Shown here: positions 11,650 through 22,358 of the stretch, one piece after another
Numbering within the stretch: position 1 is the stretch's first letter
Layout: each line of letters starts with the position of its first letter
Assembly: GCA_054600435.1 (NCBI GenBank)
Contig: BAAIJX010000001.1
Span: 434,001 to 498,000 of the forward strand
Direction: 5' to 3'
Length of the DNA: 64,000 nt
From: Neophaeotheca triangularis
Lineage: Eukaryota
Position numbers and translations under genes: made by a program
The notes under the pieces: model-generated
Database searches by the model: none
Seen by the model: the letters and a program-made list of their open reading frames with translations, nothing else
What the model was told of the DNA's origin: nothing

Positions 11650-12339
11650 CTAGCCCAAAGCTCCTCGAGCCTCCATCTCTCGCCGCTGTAGTACAGCCTC
11701 CCAGCCCTTTCGTACGACGTCCTCCATGACCGAGCCTCGCAGTTTGCGCCGCGCTTGCTCTATAGGCAGGAGATAGCTCTCGTACATTAGCTCTTCCTCA
11801 TCTACACCCGTACCAGGATGGCGACTAGGAGTGTAGCCACTCGACTCGTCAACAGCAATCCTCTGTTCCAAAGTCTGACCCTTGGGAAAGGGAGGCGGCG
11901 GACGATACAACCTAGCCCCGCCACTCACACCCTCTTCAGCACCATCATACCCCCTCTCAACCTCCTCCGGCACAGTTTCGGCAAGATACCAGAACAGCAA
12001 ATACTGGCTCCTCGACCCAACGGGCATCATCTGACACCACACAGCCTCGGTTACGAAATCCTCATGCCCCTCGTCCGCATCAGTTTGCCTGTGCTTAAAA
12101 GGCAGAGGGAGGAGGCGATTGCGGTAGCCGGATTCTTCGAAGCCTTCTCGCTCGGCCGCGCGGCAGATGTTTTCGTTGGCGTTCTTGCGGCCTTTGGGCA
12201 GGAACCAGTATTTGTCCACAGAATGGTAGCAGACTACGCAGCTGGCGGTGGCGAGGTGGAAGATTGCTACCCCGGCGCCGATGGTGAGGTTGTCGCTGGG
12301 AAAGTTGGCGTAGAGGGGGTTTGAGGTCATAGGTGGCAT
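11650..12339 (-). CDS. Nudix hydrolase (229 aa)
   Basis: Nudix box LPKGRKNANENICRAAEREGFEESG. Confidence 0.9.
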   Translation of the reverse strand: MPPMTSNPLYANFPSDNLTIGAGVAIFHLATASCVVCYHSVDKYWFLPKGRKNANENICRAAEREGFEESGYRNRLLPLPFKHRQTDADEGHEDFVTEAVWCQMMPVGSRSQYLLFWYLAETVPEEVERGYDGAEEGVSGGARLYRPPPPFPKGQTLEQRIAVDESSGYTPSRHPGTGVDEEELMYESYLLPIEQARRKLRGSVMEDVVRKGWEAVLQRREMEARGALG

Positions 12340-13238
12340 TTGATGTGACTAGATCGTGTGGTAGCTGGGGAAATGACGAAAATAGCTGGGGGAGGCGTGA
12401 ATATCAGGTTCCGTCGACAATGCGCACGTTTTTGTCAGAAATGGCACAATGAAAGGGCCTCTACGATAACCAGTAGATTGAGTAGTTTGAAAGCAAGTAG
12501 AGGCTGGAGAACAAGATAATAGTCACACTCGTGAAATGTTCCATTGCGATTGATGAAAGTAGCTAGGGTAAGAGTTGGTGCTCACCTACGGCTGGCCCAA
12601 GCTTCGTGCGGCTTCGGGCGATAAGGACGAAAAATCGTTCGACGGCGACACAAATGACGATCGAATAACCCATAAAGACTAGAAGCCAATCTTTAAAGCT
12701 ATAAAAGCCTTCTGTACGATTCACATTTCACTGCTATCGACCACTGGCTAGAAACACGCGATAAGAGTTGACAGTCGAGATAAATTCGAAGGTGTAAACA
12801 CACAGCCAGAAAACAGCCAGCCACTAGCGCAAGATCACGACAGCGAATCGAAGGTACAGCCGCCGAACATCACCCGTTCAGCAACTTCTTCCAAGCTCTT
12901 TTTCGCCTCACTCACATTACGACTTTCTGTACCTACAGCGAGGGAACTGTGTCACTGTATTTACGCAACCCCGTGACTCCCAACCAACGCCGGAACGCAT
13001 TGCCAGGATAGCGCTCTCTGTTGCACCATCAACCACTGTCAACTCTATTGTCTCTATCAACAAGTTCCGAGTGTCGGAGCTTCTAGGAGGTCCCCGGCGG
13101 CATCCCCTTGCCGTAAGGGCAACGTAGCTTCGCCCCCAAGCGTGCCTAATAACAAGCGGTCGATGTAGATGTCGGGGCGGCCTGTCGTAGCTATCACAAG
13201 ATCAGGTCTACTGCCGAGAAGATGCGTCGCTTTCCACC

Positions 13239-15249
13239 TTACTCCTTTGTGTCACGATCTCCATCCGCAACCACCTTTTCAATGACTTCAAGATTCAGCC
13301 CCGGCCACTTCCTCTTTCCCCATGCAAGATACGAGATCATAGCGTAGATCCAGACCAACGCATTGATTGGTAGCGCATACTGGCCGCCGATATTAGCTTG
13401 TTTGCACAGTCGATGCGAGCCGAAGCTTCACTACTAACGTTAAAATTCTCGGCTGTAATTGGAAGGTAGTTGGGAAACACCATGAATATTGCAAGCCAGG
13501 AGGTGCCGATGATTGCTACGATATTGATCGGTATGCCGTACCTTCCCAGCGACCACGGCATCTAAGCGAAAGTTAGCGGTTCATGTCGCATAGTCAAATT
13601 CAACATGAGATGGCGGCTTGCCTCCTCAAACCTTCCGGACCATCGAGCAGTCAAGGCACATAGAATGGTGATCAGGTAGGATTGATACAGGCCAAAGGTC
13701 GTCAGAGATATGATGACGCTGAAAGCTAAAGAGTTTCCCAAGTTCAGCAGCGACAAGAGCATCACTAAGACAATCGGGAGCCTGTAATTCAGCAAATCAG
13801 CTGATCTGGACGTAACACTGGAGCCAAGCGCATAGGCAGCTCTATGGATCGACGACTTACCAGACGGAGCGAAGCGGAATACCGTGCTTTGGATCCACAT
13901 AAGCGAAGTAGGCGGGCAGAGCTCCGTCGCGAGCCCAGGCCCAAGTCAGTCGAGATGTCGAGACGACTGAGCCGATAGTGCCCACAATGGTCATGATCAG
14001 GATGAAAACGAGCATGACCGACGCCCCCGCGACCGAGTTCGTGGCATGCCTACATATGTCCATGAACGCATATGCCGAGTTCGCGACTGTGTCGACGTCG
14101 CCGAGGCAGTATAGCATGATTATTGCCATGCCAAAGGCCAAGACTGCGTTCATACTAATCGACCAGAAAATTGCCCGAGGGATGGAGTAGCGGGCTTTTT
14201 GAGTCTCCTGTAGAATAGGGAGCGGCGCGTTGTCAGCACACCGTCTATCTAATGATCGGGGTCCAGCCAGATTGTGATTTCGGCAACCATATATCCACGT
14301 ACCTCCGATAGATGAGCGGCGGCGTCGAAGCCTACAAAAGGCCAAGTTATCAAAACGATCCCGAGGTTGAAGCTAACGAATTCGTCAGTCCAGCCAGACA
14401 TCTCAGCCTTACTTTCGAAGACAAAGTCTGTCGAATGTTTGGGTGCCAAAGTTAGGAACACTATAACGCAAGTGAGCCAGAGCATGATGTGCAGTATTCC
14501 GGCCATAAGTTGGATCCACGGGATCAGCCAGAAGGCGTACATGTTAATCAACCCCAGAGCGATCGCGTACGCATACATGACCAGGACGGTATGCCAGCCT
14601 TGGACAACGAAAGCCGGGTTGTTTGCCGTGACAATGACCATGGTCACGTTAGCCGCCACGTTTGTGATGCTGGCCAAAAGAGCAACCCAGGAAAACCACG
14701 TAAGGTAGCCTTGCAACCACGTTATGAACCTCCGGTCTGGAGGCCGCAGAAGGTAGAGTCAGCGGAGGTGCAAGCGAAAAGAAGCCTGAGAGGAGGGTTG
14801 CCGTACGTTTCGGCGGAGCAAGGTACCATGTCCAATGATACTGAGCTCCTGCAATGGGCTGCACCGACGCAATTTCAGCAATCGATGCGACCTGGCATAG
14901 GACTATAGGGACGACGATGAAAAATCCCCAAACTAGTGATCGAGGACCGCCGTTCCAGAAGACGAGGCCTATGTTCTTGCATTGTCGTTAGTCGAATTTT
15001 CACAGTCCAACGCTCACGTCTTGCGGACTGACATACTGTAGACACGGCCTCCCATGAAGACATATATCCGAGCTCGAAGAAGTAAATTTGCACAAAGTTG
15101 AAGATTCTCTGTTCGATGGTTTTCAGCAAGGGTCGGAGCCGTGAGGGAGGAGGCTTCCATACGCGAACTCCCGTCTGCGTCCTCCTAGAATCATAACTAG
15201 GGCGGGCAGTAGCATCATGCTTATGCCGCGAGTTTGTGATCGTCTCCAT
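13239..15249 (-). CDS. APC-family amino acid/choline/GABA permease (multi-exon; one GC-AG intron at 13562-13621)
   Basis: Exon translations MSSWEAVST, NGGPRSLVWG, EIASVQPIAGAQYHWT, GFDAAAHLSEET, STSRLTWAWARDGALP and PWSLGRYG. Ends ..ADGDRDTKE-TAA at 13239. Confidence 0.9.
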
Positions 15250-16631
15250 CTCGTAGCTTTCCCTGCTTCTCGTCGGCACTCTTGCAGTGTACTGAGAAGA
15301 GGAGGAGACAAGGGAAGAAGAAGACGAACGAGGCAAAGAAGGGCCCAAGAGACCAAGCTGCGATTGCTCTGCGTCTTCGCGCATGGTATCGAAGCAATCT
15401 GCTACTGTACAGGATGCTAGGTTGTATGTAAGTTACGGCCAAGGCGATCTTTGTGTCCAACACAAATTGATAGGACACAGAGTCCCGAACCAACCACACT
15501 GCGTTGCTCGTCTGACCGGTGAACGAGCTTGCGTGGTGTGGCTTGAGTTTCAATGCGCAACGCAAACATGGGCAGGAAGCGACTTCTTGATCCTTTTTGA
15601 CGAGCCACCCTATGCTGGCCTTGGTGAATTTGGTAGCGATCAGCCGGGTAGCTATCTCTTCTGGATCTCAGTCTCGAGATCATACCATGTCAAGACAGGG
15701 GAAGCCGCCCATGTCCCTCCCCCTACGAAGATGTACCACTCTTCCACGGCGGCGATTGTTGAGCATCGAAGACGACTACTTGGTCTTCCGATCATGCGAA
15801 TTTTCTTCTTCCTCAATGGCCCTCTTCTAGGGAGGCCAAGCCGGACCGCGAATAGGTAGCAATCTAAGTGCTGCTGCGCTGGCATGTGATGCAGCATCTT
15901 GTGCTACCATTGATAGCTCCCCCTGTACCTGACAGTCAGGAGTAGCGGCAGGTAGGGTACTGTAAGATGGCACGGGCAGAAGTCGGCATCTCGAATCGCA
16001 GGGCAACCCCACGGGGCATCCCATCCCACGCCCTGACCAGTGACCGCCCTGAGTCCGACATTCGCTTGTGCAACGGAAAAGGCAGCGGACCATGTCGGGA
16101 CGGAGCGAAGTGCGCGTTGCCAATGCCAACCACCTCAGCAACGTCAAAGCCTCCAACCGCCATTCTATCCGGTCCCCTTTTGTTCACCCCTCTTGAACCA
16201 TTACGGAAGAGCGTCAACGCGTTTTTGCGTCACCGAATAGACTGTTCTTCCTGTTATGTATACCATGGCGAAGTACGGTAAATTAAAAAAAAGATGCATG
16301 CTTCGATCTCGACTGCCAAGACTGGCTCTTTGCTCTGGGCAGCACCTCGACGCAGCATTCCCTCTGATAAGAGTCCGCGGCGATCTGGCAATAGTCAACA
16401 AGGAGACCGACCATCTGAAGAGCGCAGCGCCTTTTGGCATGGTAAGGTCACCCCGGTCTTTACACCACCCAGACTCTAGTAGTCCATGTACCTCCGCACC
16501 CCGCCTGATCTCCACAAGCCAAGGCGGTGAAACTCCAGTTGTGGATCTCTTCCTCTTCGCTCTCAAGTTTCTCCATACCTCAAGATGTCTGCGACAAGCA
16601 TCTTCAAGGTCTTTGTATGCCAGAACTCAAG

Positions 16632-16640
16632 TCCACCAAT
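16632..16640 (+). promoter_or_regulatory. Galacturonic-acid responsive element (GARE, TCCNCCAAT; GaaR-type site)
   Basis: Exact TCCACCAAT about 155 nt upstream of the exopolygalacturonase ATG. Confidence 0.6.
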
Positions 16641-16795
16641 GACAATCAAAAGGACTCTGCGAAGATGCGAATACATAAAGGCAGCCTCTAGCCTTACCCA
16701 GCCAAAGGTAGGAAGTACCTTACAATACTCCATTGCCAAGAAACGCCCCAATCAAGCCATATCCCCTTTTGTTGCTTCATTCAATTCCCGCGAAT

Positions 16796-18580
16796 ATGAA
16801 GCTTCTAGCCTGTGTGGCAGCCCTCGCGGCTGGCGTCACGGCCAACATCGCCCGTGAAACCATGCCAACGGGAGCCGACGTCATCTACCCTCGCGAGGCT
16901 CAACGCCCTTCCCACAAGGGAAACTGGAAGAACAAGCATGGCCGCAAAGACTCTTGGGGCTGTGACAAGCCCGAGTACCGACACAAGGTCACTATTCGCG
17001 CTTCCAGTGACGAGCATGACGATGTTTCCGACGACTTTATGTGGGCCATGAAGAAGGCCAACAACGGCGGCACCGTCCACCTCAAAGAAGGCGAGACCTA
17101 TGTCTTCGGCAAAAAGATGGACCTGACTTTCTTGAACGATGTTCATCTTCAGCTGGACGGCGAGATCTCCTTCACCGACGACATCGAGTTCTGGCAGAGG
17201 GTAAGTCAGGCCTTCAGCCGAGAGCAGAGGAGGGAGACTAGGAAGCTAATGCCTTTACGATCTAGCCCGAGAACTATTTCTACGTTGATTTCCAGAACAG
17301 CACCAGCTACTGGGCGTGGGGTGGTGAGAAGATCCAGATCTACGGTGGCGGGCTCATGAACGGTAACGGACAAGCCTGGTAGGTGACGCAGCGCTTCTCC
17401 TCGCATTCCGGACGCTAATGGTGCCAGGTACGACGCCTTTTCCGGCCGGGAGGTGCTCACGGACGACTTCTTCCCTCGACCTATTCTGTTCATGACGGAC
17501 AACGCTACAGACATTAGCATCTCGGGCATCAGCTTCCTGAACTCGGCTATCTGGACTACTTTCATGGTGAGGTCAAACAACGTCATCTTTGACAACATCC
17601 GGATCGATGCATACTCGACCAACGACAACGAGCCCAAGAACAGCGATGGATTCGACAGCTACAATGTCAATGGTCTCAGCGTGACCAACACTGAGGTAGA
17701 TGTGGGAGACGACTGCTACAGGTAAGCGTTTACTGGGCGCCCCACTCCCCCTTAATTTTTTCCTTTATTATTTTGGCTGGAGACTAACAGCAGCGACCTA
17801 CAGTGCGAAGGCCAATTCCAGCAACATCTTCATCCAGAACCTCTGGTGCAACAACTCGTAAGTTGCCTTTTCCCTTGCCTGACAGTAACGCAGCTAACCC
17901 GGTTCAGCCATGGTCTTTCCATGGGCTCCCTTGGCCAGTACCCCGGCATCGTCGACATCATCGAGGACAGCTGGTTTGAAAACATCACCATGCTCCACGC
18001 CTCCAACGGCGCTCGTAAGTTGGCCTTTTCCCCATCCGCTAGTATCACAGCTAACCCGTCTCAGGTATCAAGGCATGGGCGGGACCAGATGTCGGCCTCG
18101 GAAGAGTCAGCAACATCACCTGGAAGGACATGTAAGCTCCGAGTTTCCCTCCCATCCTCTGGTTTCCAGAGACTGACCAACAATCTCTAGGTACATTGAG
18201 AACACCGACTGGCCCATCGTAATCGACCAGGTAAGCCACGCAGCCGAGAGGAACAGTAGAGCAGAGAGCTGACGACCTCATGGTGTTATTTCAACGTGAA
18301 CGAGACTACTTGTGCCGAGTACCCCAGCCGCGTCGACATCTCGGACATTACTTTCGACAACATTTGGGGTACGAGCAGCGGCAGGTACGGCAACGTCGTC
18401 GCCAACCTGGTTTGCGGCCCGGATGCCGTTTGCGAGAACATCCTCCTCAAAGACATCAACCTCCGAGCCCCGAACGGCACCGTTGAGGAGGCTATTGTCG
18501 TCTGCGATGGCATTCAAGGCGATGTAGGTGTGCCTTGTGTGCCCTCGAGCGAGGTTGACGAGGATTACTTTACGAGCTAG
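16796..18580 (+). CDS. pgxB: Secreted GH28 exopolygalacturonase (PgxB-like), 8 exons
   Basis: Signal peptide MKLLACVAALAAGVTA. GH28 motifs NSDGFD, GDDC, SHGLSMGSLGQY and RIKAW. Last exon CYFNVNETTCAEYPSRVDISDI..VPC. Confidence 0.9.
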
Positions 18581-20982
18581 AGGCGTGGCCATCGGCTAGC
18601 GAGAGAGGTTCTGAAGGATGTGTTTGGACGAGATGGAGGGGCTAGCAAGCGGTAAATGGAAGTCGGCCGAGAGCCTTGGTCTTACCCTCCTCCTGACACG
18701 GATTGTGCCCGCAAATCCGCGGGGCAATTTGAAATGCAATGCTATATAGCTCTCGGTCAAAACAACATGTATCTACTATGACCACTCTGCAAATGTAGCT
18801 TCCAATTCGCCCCTGAGCCTGATACACAACCCCGGCGACATCTCAATTACAACCTCAGGGGCAGGCTGGAACAACAACCGGATTCGAACATGCGAATATG
18901 GCCCCTTACTCCTCTCAGCGATCCTTTAACCTTGTAAAGCTGCCCACGCATCAGTAATCGAAGACTCAGCCCATGTAGCAGCTAAGAGGGTGTAGTAATG
19001 TCTTGAAGCTTTGCGGGCAGCATGACGCCCGTGAGCGTAAACCTAAGTAACGACCCTGGTATCGTATCTACGCTACGTATGCAGCATCCCGCGGCGATCT
19101 GAGAAGCTCTGGGATTTTCTGTATCTCTTTTCGAGGCGCGCCGAATGCACGGAAAGTATACAGCTGACGGGGAGTAATCTCCACTGAATAATTCAAAAAG
19201 CGCCGCGAAAGACTTGTTCCGGGGTAAATGGTGGTATCTTCCAGCCTCCCCTTCAACCCCATGGCTCTCGTCCCTCCAAACCATTACCTCGCCTTTAGCC
19301 ATTGAAGATTCTACGGCCCTTTGCGCATCTCCTCGCCGTCCACAAGGTACGTCCCCATCAGGCACGCGGACTCTATGTCGATAGTCTCTCGACCTTGCTT
19401 ATAGCCTGATCCCGCTTCAGCGTATCGCCAGGGGCGGAACTGCCTAGATGGCTTGGAAAATGATGTCGAGCCGAGGAGAAAGCTTCGTGTTTTTGAAAGA
19501 AGCCAGCCGAACTCGCTCCGAATAAGACCAAACGACGGTCCCAACCAGAGGCGAGAGATGAAGCTCATGCTCGCAATCCCTCACGGGGCCGTAGGAAAAG
19601 TTCCAGCTCGCGAAGCCCAGGCGCACACTCGAGCCAGGCCATCACACGACCGTCAGCCAAGCGCTCCGTTGGCGGAAGTAGCGGGAGTAATCTCCCTCGC
19701 CGGACGTCTTCCTTGTCGGTCTTCGAGCTCAACTTCAGACGCTCGAGCTCGCACATGGCCGGCCGGCTGTGCCCAGGTCCGCAAGCGTCTGGCTGAGCCT
19801 TTGGAGTCGAGGCACAAGTCACTGATCGGGCCGAATCTCCAACGTTTTCATCGGTCTGTTGAGGACGAAGAGGAATCCCAGGATCGATCTGAAGGGCCGC
19901 TAGCAGTTGAGAGTTCCCGACTCTTTGCCTATAGGGGCTTTCAGAACGGCTAGAGACCCCGACTGCGAGGCGGTCGTCGTGCAAGGCATCATGGCTCCCG
20001 TCCCCGTCCCGGTCCCGGTGTCGAGTCTCGGAGTCACATCGTTGATCCAACCCGCGAGGAAGACGATGTGCATGTTCCCAAGTGTCTTGGAGGCTCTGCT
20101 GATCCTCGTATGCGGTCTTGGTAATTTTCGCACACGCGCTGGGAAGTAGAATCCCGCCCATCGTTCTCGGTTTCCCGCTCGGACCACTTCTATCATGGCT
20201 CTCACGGGTTCCAGCTCTCGCGAGGCCTCCGTCTCGGCAGGGCCAAATGGCGTGTAGCGAGTATGAAGACCTTCGAGCGTCGTGGTCAACGGTTCGAGGC
20301 AATCTGCTTGAAAGACAATGCAGCGTGTCTTCATTCCGGTAGACCTGTTGAAGTCTGTCTTTTCTCTTAATGATACGAAAGTAAGTTTTAAGTATATTGA
20401 GTCAAGGCCCCGGTGGCGCAAGCGAAAGGGAAATATTTAAACAACTCGTGCTCGGTATGTAACAATGATGCAAGGGAAGCTCGGGCGGGTAACGCGAGAA
20501 CCATGAGAAGGAGATGTACGTGGGCCAGGATTAACCTGCTTCTGTCGAGACTTTTATTTTAATGCGCCACCACTGAAAATTACCGAATTCCTGCTCCTCG
20601 CGATTGCTGCCTGCCGCAAATTTCAGGATAGCCTCTCGGCAAAGGGTATATTGCATGGAGGTACGCTTCACGCACAGTTTGCGTCGGGCATAGAACATCA
20701 GTCTCGAGAAATAAGCTTGGAGCTCATGTCACATGAAGCGTCAACCATTCCCGGGAGCAAGCTCCTCCACTTAGATGGCAAAGACAGTCGGCTCTTGGTG
20801 ATCGTGAACGTGAGAAATCGAAAATCCATGGTGGCTAGATCCATGGTAGCCAGGGCCACGGCTAGCGACTGCCAACATAGATGGTTCCACGAAAAAGCAA
20901 CACGATTGCCGAGTGCCCTGAGCCCTTTACAAGAGAGTGGAGTCCTACGGTGATCAGTCGAATCCGTCATTGCTCGCTCACT

Positions 20983-21636
20983 TCACACCCTCTTCGCCCT
21001 TTCCATCCAAGCGGATCGAGCAATCCCCCTGTGTTCCCACTTCTCGGGAACCTCCAAGGTGACAATCTTGCGGAACTCAAAGCCGTACTTCTCGTACAAC
21101 GGCCGTCCCGGCACGGAGCCTTCAACAACAGCCTCGACACCCATTTCGTCCGCCTTGCCGACTCCCCACTGCACCAAAGCATGACCAATACCCTTCCTTT
21201 GATAAGCGGGATCAATACACAACAAATCAAGCAGAACCAAGTTCCCTCCCGTCCTCTTGATAGCGTCATTCCTGCAAGCCACAAATTGCGTCAAAAGGTG
21301 CTGAGCGTGGGCTCTATCGTCGGCGGTCTCCCAGTAGGGGGCATGGTCGGGAAGAGTGGCATCTTTGGCCAAGTCGGGCATGTAATTGTCGAAGATTGCC
21401 CACTTGGCGAAACCTGCGATGCTGCCGGTCTCCAGGTCAACGGCCTTGATGTACCTGACTTCCGGGCGCGATATTGTTTCGTTGAAACGGGCACCGCCGA
21501 CCTTTCGACCCTCTTCCGTGGTATGATGCGGGTAAGAGGCGTCCCAGAAGGGCTCGTTGTTGGCGAAAGCCTGCGAGGCGATTGTGAAGAGGCGTTGCAT
21601 GTCCTCTTCCGAGGCAGATTGGAGATGTACTTTCAT
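20983..21636 (-). CDS. GNAT-family N-acetyltransferase (217 aa)
   Basis: Acetyl-CoA motif A LCIDPAYQRKGIGHALV and motif B GRPLYEKYGF. Confidence 0.92.
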   Translation of the reverse strand: MKVHLQSASEEDMQRLFTIASQAFANNEPFWDASYPHHTTEEGRKVGGARFNETISRPEVRYIKAVDLETGSIAGFAKWAIFDNYMPDLAKDATLPDHAPYWETADDRAHAQHLLTQFVACRNDAIKRTGGNLVLLDLLCIDPAYQRKGIGHALVQWGVGKADEMGVEAVVEGSVPGRPLYEKYGFEFRKIVTLEVPEKWEHRGIARSAWMERAKRV

Positions 21637-21821
21637 CTTGACAGGTTGAAGGAGGAAGTTGTTTGCTATGAAAGTAGCTGCAGGAACGGAGTGTTCGGCT
21701 ACAATAATGTAGAATGATAGCAGAAGATGGATCCAGACTGCCAGGTAGGTGCTTTGGAATAAAGATTGGATATCAACCTATGGAAACCTTGGCCACAGAC
21801 TTTTACTATTATTAATGATGC

Positions 21822-21842
21822 TACCTTTACCTTTACCTTTAC
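21822..21842 (+). repeat. (TACCTT)3.5 microsatellite
   Basis: Seen directly in the sequence. Confidence 0.85.
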
Positions 21843-21894
21843 TTGACCTGGGATTGGAATAGTTCCAAGTCCGTCTTTAGTCTCCACTATTATT

Positions 21895-21929
21895 GGGGGT
21901 TGGGGGTTGGGGGTTGGGGGAGTTGGGGG
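21895..21929 (+). repeat. (GGGGGTT)n G-tract repeat with five G5 runs
   Basis: GGGGG-TT-GGGGG-TT-GGGGG-TT-GGGGG-AGTT-GGGGG. Confidence 0.9.
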
Positions 21930-22358
21930 AGTGAGATTCACAGTCGTTATCTCAAGGCTTACTCAACCTGGAGACTTCTGATGAGAAGTGGACGTGCGCA
22001 ACGATCGGCCCGGGGGAGCTTAAGTAAGGTAGTAGTAGTTGTTGTTGTGCGTGACGAATTATTCCAAGACTTCCAAGTGGTGTCGTCGCTTGGCTTCGCT
22101 TCCAAGAGAAAAGATGATCGTCGTCCGGGTTGGAACTTACACCTAAGGTGGGTAACGTTAGTTAGTACTGTACGTACAGTAGGTACGAGTGCCTACCTTA
22201 CCTTATGCAAGAACTTGTGCCTGACATACTACTACAACTACCTTACCTACTACTATTACTACCTCTTATGACCTATAACGTGCAGCCACCTCCTGCAGTC
22301 CAAAAGTGCCATGTAATAATTGCTCTCGTTCCATTTCATTTTCAACCCTCTCCTCCAA

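Noticed and set aside
13085..13185. GGAGGTCCCCGG and short hairpins resembling RNase MRP CR-I
   Set aside because: No matching CR-V/P4 partner, and the region is probably the permease 3'UTR.
18865..18950. Minus-strand TGTTCGAATCC resembling a tRNA-Ser T-loop/B-box
   Set aside because: The T-stem, D-arm and anticodon arm do not pair. No cloverleaf can be built.
18982..20421. Overlapping ORFs of 127-245 aa in the gap after the GH28 gene
   Set aside because: No recognisable domain, Arg/Ser/Ala-rich shadow-like composition and ORFs on both strands. I cannot support a gene.
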